This document shows positions 52,701-61,800 of a stretch of 64,000 bases of DNA, piece by piece (the stretch's first letter is position 1; each line of letters begins with the position of its first letter). The position numbers were made by a program, and so were the translations under genes. The notes under the pieces are model-generated. The model worked only from the letters and a program-made list of their open reading frames with translations, made no database searches and was not told the origin of the DNA. The DNA comes from Nemertoderma westbladi (taxonomy: Eukaryota; Animalia; Xenacoelomorpha): positions 1 through 64,000 of the forward strand of contig JAUCBJ010002094.1 in the NCBI GenBank assembly GCA_032718475.1, given 5' to 3'.

Positions 52701-54657
52701 TCCAGCGGAAAGACGTAGCAAATAACAGCTGATTATGCTATAAATGTAAGTGTTACCTGTTCTTTTGACGTTCATTTAAGATTCTCTATCTCGTGGAGTG
52801 GGATAGAAGTTATAAATATGAAAATCGATATGGTTTTTGTAAAAAATCAGAGGATATTTTGATAAATTATTGCAGAAAAACACCAAGGATTTTGACATGG
52901 CTTTAATACTTCATTATGTTCATGAAATAGCTGAGATATTTGAGGAGAATTATTGCATTACATAATAACTTTAGCTCCAGCCACTTTAGCAATACGATGA
53001 AACTATAATAAATATTCTAGAACACAACAATATTAACAGGGAGATAGGCTACTTATCTCTCCTCTCAGACAGCCACAGATAGGGGGTGTTCCAACGCAAT
53101 CAAAATTCATCCATCTCCAGCGGAAAGACGTAGCAAATAACAGCTGATTACTGCTATAAATGTAAGTGTTACCTGTTCTTTTGACGTTCATTTAAGATTC
53201 TCTATCTCGTGGAGTGGGATAGAAGTTATAAATATGAAAATTGATATGGTTTTTGAAAAAAATCAGAGGATATTTTGATAAATTATTGCAGAAAAATACC
53301 AAGGATTTTGACATGGATTTAATACTTCATTATGTTCATGAAATAGCTGAGATATTTGAGGTGAATTATTGTATTATGAGTCAACTTCAGCTCTAGTCAC
53401 TTTGGCAATACGATGAAACTATAATAAATATTCTAGAACACAACAATATTAACAGGGAGATAGGCTACTTATCTCTCCACTCAGACAGCCATAGATAGGG
53501 GGTGTTCCAACGCAATCAAAATTCATCCATCTCCAGCGGAAAGACGTAGCAAATAACAGCTGATTACTGCTATAAATGTAAGTGTTACCTGTTCTTTTGA
53601 CGTTCATTTAAGATTCTCTATCTCGTGGAGTGGGATAGAAGTTATAAATATGAAAATCGATATGGTTTTTGTAAAAAATCAGAGGATATTTTGATAAATT
53701 ATTGCAGAAAAACACCAAGGATTTTGACATGGCTTTAATACTTCATTATGTTCATGAAATAGCTGAGATATTTGAGGTGAATTATTGCATTACATAATAA
53801 CTTTAGCTCCAGCCCCTTTAGCAATACGATGAAACTATAATAAATATTCTAGAACACAACAATATTAATAGGGAGATAGGATACTTATCTCTCCTCTCAG
53901 ACAGCCACAGATAGGGGGTGTTCCAACGCAATCAAAATTCATCCATCTCCAGCGGAAAGACGTAGCAAATAATAGCTGATTACTGCTATAAATGTAAGTG
54001 TTACCTGTTCTTTTGACGTTCATTTAAGATTCTCTATCTCGTGGAGTAGGATAGAAGTTATAAATAAGAAAATCGATGTGGTTTTTGAAAAAAATCAGAG
54101 GATATTTTGATAAATTATTGCAGAAAAACACCAATGATTTTGACATGGCTTTAATACTTCATTATGTTCATGAAATAGCTGAGATATTTGAGGTGAATTA
54201 TTGTATTATGAGTTAACTTCAGCTCTAGTCACTTTGGCAATACGATGAAACTATAAAAAATATTCTAGAACACAACAATATTAATAGGGAGATAGGATAC
54301 TTATCTCTCCACTCAGAAAGCCACAGATAGGGGGTGTTCCAACGCAATCAAAATTAATCCATCTCCAGCGGAAAGACGTAGCAATTAACAGCTGATTACT
54401 GCTATAAATGTAAGTGTTACCTGTTCTTTTGACGTTCATTTAAGATTCTCTATCTCGTGGAGTGGGATAGAAGTTATAAATATGAAAATCGATATGGTTT
54501 TTGTAAAAAATCAGAGGATATTTTGATAAATTATTGCAGAAAAACACCAAGGATTTTGACATGGCTTTAATACTTCATTATGTTCATGAAATAGCTGAGA
54601 TATTTGAGGTGAATTATTGCATTACATAATAACTTTAGCTCCAGCCACTTTAGCAAT
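46736..54657 (-). repeat. 416-bp satellite array, inverted arm, segment 3
   Basis: Resumes in phase (TTAAGATTCTCTATC) and ends at CCAGCCACTTTAGCAAT. Confidence 0.97.
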
Positions 54658-54766
54658 GATTATAATAAGAAAATATATTAGCCAAATATAGTAGATATAA
54701 AACACCTTATAGCACAAAGTACAAATTGCACCACTCTAAAGGGCCCAACACCAAGCGGGGGGGAGA

Positions 54767-56033
54767 TCAATACCGATCCGATAGGTCAGATCCCCGTAAA
54801 CCTGCGCCGTCCCCAAATCCAAGACCCCGCCACGGCCGACGACCACCGCGCAGACAGAGTGAGTTGGAACGGAGTAAGGAAAACTGGAGGCGCCTCCGAA
54901 CTCCACCCAAGACACAGGCGAGGCCGCGTTCCCTCATGCTTTGCCGTCGCGAGACTAAGGTCTCGGCGAGGTGGCGAATAAGGATTTCGGCCTCCTTGCA
55001 CCACACCCCGTCGGTGGTTCCGACTAGTGGGGTGAAGGAGATCCGACGATCCTCACACACCGCGCCATAGTGGACCTTCTTAGCACGGACCCTCTGCTGG
55101 AGGACGGAGTCTAGAGACCGATTAACGTATGAGGGGGCGTCAGCGTTAACAATCGCAATGTCGAAAGACGCCACCCTCTGTTCGGCCCAAACTCCCCTCG
55201 CCAGGAGGTCCGCCCTTACACCACCCACCTCGCGGCCATGTCTATCCAGGTAGCCGGTGGCCAGCGTGACCTCACGCTGGACACACGACCCCCCGAACGC
55301 TGTCGCTATCAAGTCCCCGAACACCTCCCGCACCTCGTCGTGACGCCTAATAATAAGCCCACCCGACTTACAGTTCAGGGCGTGCGAGGTCGTAAAAGGT
55401 CCCCCACACCCCTCGCAGCTCGCTGGCAGACTAGGTGGCGTCATTCCGTACCTCAGATTGAGGTTGTCGCGGAACACCTCCGGGTCCAGATCGGTGTGAT
55501 CAACAATGGAGGGCTGCGCAGACAACCACCCACCTGTCTTGTGGGTGACAGTTCTCTCTACTGTACGACGCCGTCCAGTTGGGACGCCAAGGAGAGCGGA
55601 CTCCTGCCTCGCCTTGTACAAGGCGTCCTGGGAGATGCGGCTCGCAGCCAAGGCGGAGGCGAGGCACGCGGCGTGGTCTGCTACCTGAAGTGGGCGTCCG
55701 TTCAATAAAGCGTCCACAACCCCCACAGTCCCTGCAATCGAAGCTTCCCGGGCAGGTCCCTGTCGCATCAACGGGTCCCGGGTCCCGATGCCGCCATGAC
55801 GAACCGGAAGAAGGACCAACTCCTCGTCGACCGTACCCGGAAGAGTTCCGAACACAGCCGGAATGAACTTGGCCAACAAAGCCTCCCGGATCGGCGCCAG
55901 GTCTCTCTCCTCTGTCTCCACCACACGAAGCAGAAAATCCCACTCTGCCTGGAGACACCGGCTCATACCTGTATGGGCAGTCTGGGGGTATTCCACTGCC
56001 ACCTCTGCCAGGCACTCAATGCTCCTGACCCAA
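54767..56033 (-). CDS. CRE-type polyprotein, C-terminal part: linker, CCHC zinc knuckle and restriction-like endonuclease
   Basis: The frame reads WVRSIECLAEVAVEYPQ...LPVRHGGIG...GWLSAQP...CEGCGGPFTTSHALNCKSGG...RHDEVRE...RADL...FDI...KKVHY...FTPLV. These match the CCHC, RHD and PD..D..K motifs of RLE-bearing non-LTR elements. Confidence 0.88.
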
Positions 56034-58646
56034 CCCCGCCACCTTCTCCGCTATAAAGTCTCTGAGACCCTGAGCCTCCCCGACATACCCACCCAGGAAG
56101 CGCTGTCCAGAAACTATTTGGACTCCCGAGTCCCCAAACACCTCCTGCGCCCTCTGCGAGAACTCGGGTTTCACCACCAAGTAACTCTTTGTTGGCTGAG
56201 GGTTGTATCCGATACGAGGCCCACAGCGTAGCAGCTCAGTCCACCAACACCAAACATCGGGTACAGAACCAGCAGATGAAGCATCATCTGCATACCAACA
56301 CTGGGTCTGACCGAGGGCAGGTGGCGAAATGGAACCGGGTTGAGCCGAAGTGGCAGAACCGGATTGAGTTGAAGTGGCAGAACCGGGTTGAGTCGGTGCG
56401 GCAGAACCGGGTTGAGTCGGTGTGGCGGAACCAGGTTGAGTTGTTGCGGCGGAACTGAGTTGAGTTGGTGTCGCGGAACCGGGTTGAGTCGATGTGGCAG
56501 AACCAGGTTGAGTCATTGTGGCAGACCCGGGTTGAGTTGGTGTGGCGAAACCGGATTGAGACGGTGTGGCAGAACCGGATTGAGTCAGAGTGGCGGAACC
56601 GGGTTGAGTCGGTGTGGCGGAACCGGGTTGAGTCGGTGTGGCGGAACCGGGTTGAGCCAAAGTGACGGAACCTGGTTGAGACATTGTGGCGGATCCGGGT
56701 TGAGTCAATGTGGCGGAACCGGGTTGAGTCGATGTGACGGAACCGGGTTGGGTCGGTGTGGCGGAACCGGGTTGAGTCGGTGTGGCGGAACCGGGTTGAG
56801 TCGATGTGACGAAACCGGGTTGAGTCAGTGTGGCGGAACTGGGTTGAGTCGGTGTGGCGAATCCGGGTTGACTTTGTGTGTCGGAACCGGGTTGAGTCGG
56901 TGTGGCGGAGCCGGGTTGAGTCGGTGTGGTGAAACCGGATTGAGTCGGAGTGGCGCAACCGGGTTGTGTTGCCGCCAATGGGGACTCCCGGACACCAAAC
57001 TCACGCAAAGACCGTACCATGGGAAGCGTCCCACAGCCATATCCCAGCATGGCTACCGGGTCACCCTGAGTGTACCCCTCCGCACTCCACAACGGGCTGT
57101 CTGACCCTTGAAGATAAAGAGCGGCGTGTCCATTGTAAGCGTTATAGAGGTAGCGAGAGCAACGGTGCCAATACACACGCGAATTCCATAATGCCACCGG
57201 GCGGCTCAGACAGTTGAATGCATTGGAAGCATCGACTAACAACATACACTCCGTCGTCTCATGTTTGTACATCGACGTCATCGCGTGAATGGCACCTTCG
57301 ATTCCTGCTTTAACCCCCGCACAAAGCTGATTAGCCCCACACTCCATAATGAAATCCGTTTTAGTGATGTTAGTGACACAATTAGTTAGTAATCGGTACA
57401 AAACCTCACCAATTCCGATAGGCCGAACCCCGGGCTTCTTGTCGATTGCGATGAGGCGGCACGCTCTAAGGGCCCGTATCTCGCCCCATGGAACCACGGT
57501 GTTGGCCAGTCGGCGGGCCAAACCAGCGACGGCTTCACGGAGACGAGCGCTGTGGGCCTCGTAGCGGGTGAGAAGCGCACTCCATAGCTCGGCGTCTCCA
57601 CCGATCGGACCTGCTCCGCCTCGCAACCACCGTGAAACCTTCAGAACCGTTTGCCCCGTAATATCAATAGCTTCAAAGGGGGGAAGCTCGTCACACAGTT
57701 CAAACGTATCGGGCGGCACATCCATCTGGGGTGGGTGTTTGGAAGCGAGAACGTCACGTACCGTAACCCCTGGCGGATGACCCTCCGCCAGATCCCCGGG
57801 ATCCAACACCCCTCCACAGTCTCTGTCCGTCACCGCTCGGACCGCGGACCGATTCTGTCCGGACAGGATCTTTCTATTATACCTCCTGGCCGTGTTCACA
57901 GGAGCCGAGCCGCAGTGTTTTGCGAATTTCGCATTGCAGCGCTCAGCTTCAGCTACCAATTGAGAGAATTCCTCGCGCTCCCACATGCCGACCCTACGTA
58001 GGATTGTACGACGAATATCCGGACTCCTTACCACTTCAGGATCCCGCTGAAAGGTCGTGGCAATGAAACACAGCGGACGTTCGGAAGGGCAAACACCCTC
58101 GGTCAACCGCTGAATCTCATGGGCGACCATATCCGCAACCTTCCGTCCTACATTGCCACCAGGAACAATATATAGGTTGCCAGACAGGCGCGTGAGGCGG
58201 GCGTGTCGGGATTCCCAGACAGGGTCGGTAGAAGACCCCGGCGAGTTGAGCCAGGGACCCCCAAAGGCCGTCTCAAGACGTTCGGCCGTCGATTGTGAGG
58301 AGGACGCCATTTCCGAGGTGGACGACAAACCGGTTGCCACGCTGGCAGATAAGGAAGGACTCGGGATGATCCATTGAGGTATCTGGGTTATGACTGCGCT
58401 AGAAAAAGAGTCAGTGTCTGACTCTGATCCGCCATCGATTCCGGCCACTCTGTCTGAGGGAGCTACCACCGTGTCATCCACTGCGCTACCAACTGTCCCA
58501 GAATACGAATGTGGGTTTAAACATCCTCCGGTAGACATCGACGAGCACCCGGTGCACGGACGGCCTTCACGGACGCAACGACACCGGCTGGTGGGGCAGC
58601 ACGCCCGTGCTGCACACTGGCAACAACGCTGGGAACTTTGTGACAT
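56016..58646 (-). CDS. CRE-type polyprotein, N-terminal part: Cys-rich domain and reverse transcriptase with a repeat insertion
   Basis: First ATG at 58646 (MSQSSQRCCQC...). RT motifs: KKPGVRPIGIGEVLYRL, QLCAGVKAGIEGAIH, LVDASNAFN, GYTQGDP, WYADD, GYNPQPTKS, RFLGGYVG. It ends at an apparent +1 frameshift near 56031-56037. Confidence 0.88.
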   Translation of the reverse strand: MSQSSQRCCQCAARACCPTSRCRCVREGRPCTGCSSMSTGGCLNPHSYSGTVGSAVDDTVVAPSDRVAGIDGGSESDTDSFSSAVITQIPQWIIPSPSLSASVATGLSSTSEMASSSQSTAERLETAFGGPWLNSPGSSTDPVWESRHARLTRLSGNLYIVPGGNVGRKVADMVAHEIQRLTEGVCPSERPLCFIATTFQRDPEVVRSPDIRRTILRRVGMWEREEFSQLVAEAERCNAKFAKHCGSAPVNTARRYNRKILSGQNRSAVRAVTDRDCGGVLDPGDLAEGHPPGVTVRDVLASKHPPQMDVPPDTFELCDELPPFEAIDITGQTVLKVSRWLRGGAGPIGGDAELWSALLTRYEAHSARLREAVAGLARRLANTVVPWGEIRALRACRLIAIDKKPGVRPIGIGEVLYRLLTNCVTNITKTDFIMECGANQLCAGVKAGIEGAIHAMTSMYKHETTECMLLVDASNAFNCLSRPVALWNSRVYWHRCSRYLYNAYNGHAALYLQGSDSPLWSAEGYTQGDPVAMLGYGCGTLPMVRSLREFGVRESPLAATQPGCATPTQSGFTTPTQPGSATPTQPGSDTQSQPGFATPTQPSSATLTQPGFVTSTQPGSATPTQPGSATPTQPGSVTSTQPGSATLTQPGSATMSQPGSVTLAQPGSATPTQPGSATPTQPGSATLTQSGSATPSQSGFATPTQPGSATMTQPGSATSTQPGSATPTQLSSAATTQPGSATPTQPGSAAPTQPGSATSTQSGSATSAQPGSISPPALGQTQCWYADDASSAGSVPDVWCWWTELLRCGPRIGYNPQPTKSYLVVKPEFSQRAQEVFGDSGVQIVSGQRFLGGYVGEAQGLRDFIAEKVAGLGQEH
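56322..56969 (-). repeat. In-frame 24-bp minisatellite, ~27 units, encoding (TQPGSATP)n within the RT
   Basis: The unit on the + strand is GGAACCGGGTTGAGTCGGTGTGGC. I counted 27 octapeptides in the translation (648 bp). Confidence 0.96.
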
Positions 58647-58827
58647 TCCGGAAACAGCAAAACAGCAAACCAACAAACGTGGAAGTTATCAACGATATCG
58701 AAGAAAGAAACCAATTATAAAATTTATATTACACCAATAAACTCGTAAAATCGTAAAATTTGTGGTAAAGCAATAGGCCTAACTGTACAAACCAATACTA
58801 TTTAGCATATTTAACATACCAATAATA

Positions 58828-61800
58828 TTTAGCAATACGATGAAACTATAATAAATATTCTAGAACACAACAATATTAATAGGGAGATAGGCTACTTATT
58901 TCTCAACTCAGACAGCCACAGATAGGGGGTGTTCTGACACAATCAAAATTCATCTATCTCCAGCGGAAAGACGTAGCAAATAACAGCTGATTACTGCTAG
59001 AAATGTAAGTGTTACCTGTTCTTTTGACGTTCATTTAAGATTCTCTATCTCGTGGAGTGGGATAGAAGTTATAAATATGAAAATCGATATGGTTTTTGTA
59101 AAAAATCAGAGGATATTTTGATAAATTATTGCAGAAAAACACCAATGATTTTGACATGGCTTTAATACTTCATTATGTTCATGAAATAGCTGAGATATTT
59201 GAGGAGAATTATTGCATTACATAATAACTTTAGCTCCAGCCACTTTAGCAATACGATGAAACTATAATAAATATTCTAGAACACAACAATATTAACAGGG
59301 AGATAGGCTACTTATCTCTCCTCTCAGACAGCCACAGATAGGGGGTGTTCCAACGCAATCAAAATTCATCCATCTCCAGCGGAAAGACGTAGCAAATAAC
59401 AGCTGATTACTGCTATAAATGTAAGTGTTACCTGTTCTTTTGACGTTCATTTAAGATTCTCTATCTCGTGGAGTGGAATAGAAGTTATAAATATGAAAAT
59501 TGATATGGTTTTTGAAAAAAATCAGAGGATATTTTGATAAATTATTGCAGAAAAATACCAAGGATTTTGACATGGATTTAATACTTCATTATGTTCATGA
59601 AATAGCTGAGATATTTGAGGTGAATTATTGTATTATGAGTCAACTTCAGCTCTAGTCACTTTGGCAATACGATGAAACTATAATAAATATTCTAGAACAC
59701 AACAATATTAACAGGGAGATAGGCTACTTATCTCTCCACTCAGACAGCCATAGATAGGGGGTGTTCCAACGCAATCAAAATTCATCCATCTCCAGCGGAA
59801 AGACATAGCAAATAACAGCTGATTACTGCTATAAATGTAAGTGTTACCTGTTCTTTTGACAAGACAAAAAATACCAATGATTTTGACATGGATTTAATAC
59901 TTCATTATGTTCATGAAATAGCTGAGATATTTGAGGTGAATTATTGTATTATGAGTCAACTTCAGCTCTAGTCACTTTGGCAATACGATGAAACTATAAT
60001 AAATATTCTAGAAAAACAATATTAACAGGGAGATAGGCTACTTATCTCTCCACTCAGACAGCCATAGATAGGGGGTGTTCCAACGCAATCAAAATTCATC
60101 CATCTCCAGCGGAAAGACGTAGCAAATAACAGCTGATTACTGCTATAAATGTAAGTGTTACCTGTTCTTTTGACGTTCATTTAAGATTCTCTATCTCGTG
60201 GAGTGGGATAGAAGTTATAAATAAGAAAATCGATGTGGTTTTTGAAAAAAATCAGAGGATATTTTGATAAATTATTGCAGAAAAACACCAATGATTTTGA
60301 CATGGCTTTAATACTTCATTATGTTCATGAAATAGCTGAGATATTTGAGGTGAATTATTGTATTATGAGTTAACTTCAGCTCTAGTCACTTGGGCAATAC
60401 GAAGAAACTATAAAAAATATTCTAGAACACAACAATATTAATAGGGAGATAGGATACTTATCTCTCCACTCAGAAAGCCACAGATAGGGGGTGTTCCAAC
60501 GCAATCAAAATTCATCTATCTCCAGCGGAAAGACGTAGCAAATAACAGCTGATTACTGCTATAAATGTAAGTGTTACCTGTTCTTTTGACGTTCATTTAA
60601 GATTCTCTATCTCGTGGAGTGGGATAGAAGTTATAAATATGAAAATTGATATGGTTTTTGAAAAAAATCAGAGGATATTTTGATAAATTATTGCAGAAAA
60701 ATACCAAGGATTTTGACATGGATTTAATACTTCATTATGTTCATGAAATAGCTGAGATATTTGAGGTGAATTATTGTATTATGAGTCAACTTCAGCTCTA
60801 GTCACTTTGGCAATACGATGAAACTATAATAAATATTCTAGAACACAACAATATTAACAGGGAGATAGGCTACTTATCTCTCCACTCAGACAGCCACAGA
60901 TAGGGGGTGTTCCAACGCAATCAAAATTCATCAATCTCCAGCGGAAAGACGTAGCAAATAACAGCTGATTACTGCTATAAATGTAAGTGTTACCTGTTCT
61001 TTTGACGTTCATTTAAGATTCTCTATCTCGTGGAGTGGGATAGAAGTTATAAATATGAAAATCGATATGGTTTTTGTAAAAAATCAGAGGATATTTTGAT
61101 AAATTATTGCAGAAAAACACCAAGGATTTTGACATGGCTTTAATACTTCATTATGTTCATGAAATAGCTGAGATATTTGAGGAGAATTATTGCATTACAG
61201 AATAACTTTAGCTCCAGCCACTTTAGCAATACGATGAAACTATAATAAATATTCTAGAACACAACAATATTAACAGGGAGATAGGCTAATAATCTCTCCT
61301 CTCAGACAGCCACAGATAGGGGGTGTTCCAACGCAATCAAAATTCATCCATCTCCAGCGGAAAGACGTAGCAAATAACAGCTGATTACTGCTATAAATGT
61401 AAGTGTTACCTGTTCTTTTGACAAGACAAAAAATACCAAGGATTTTGACATGGATTTAATACTTCATTATGTTCATGAAATAGCTGAGATATTTGAGGTG
61501 AATTATTGTATTATGAGTCAACTTCAGCTCTAGTCACTTTGGCAATACGATGAAACTATAATAAATATTCTAGAACACAACAATATTAACAGGGAGATAG
61601 GCTACTTATCTCTCCACTCAGACAGCCATATATAGGGGGTGTTCCAACGCAATCAAAATTCATCCATCTCCAGCGGAAAGACATAGCAAATAACAGCTGA
61701 TTACTGCTATAAATGTAAGTGTTACCTGTTCTTTTGACGTTCATTTAAGATTCTCTATCTCGTGGAGTGGGATAGAAGTTATAAATATGAAAATCGATAT

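Larger units (their letters stand above)
54658..58827 (-). mobile_element. Apparently full-length CRE-clade non-LTR retrotransposon (RT plus restriction-like endonuclease), 4170 bp
   Basis: 9-bp TSD TTTAGCAAT (54649-54657 and 58828-58836), with the satellite continuing in phase. GC-rich coding body with short AT-rich UTRs. Domain order is Cys-rich N-terminus, RT, CCHC knuckle, PD-(D/E)xK-type nuclease. Confidence 0.9.

Noticed and set aside
56322-56969. Intein or group II intron explanation for the RT insertion
   Set aside because: The insert is a pure tandem repeat with no intein splicing motifs or intron-like structure.
56189-57104. Alternative-frame repeat proteins (RFRHTDST; CGGTGLSR; WRNRVESV)
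   Set aside because: Shadow frames of the 24-bp minisatellite. Only the TQPGSATP frame connects to the RT motifs on both sides.
54726-58740. Many short overlapping ORFs on both strands
   Set aside because: Antisense or out-of-frame shadows of the GC-rich CRE coding sequence.
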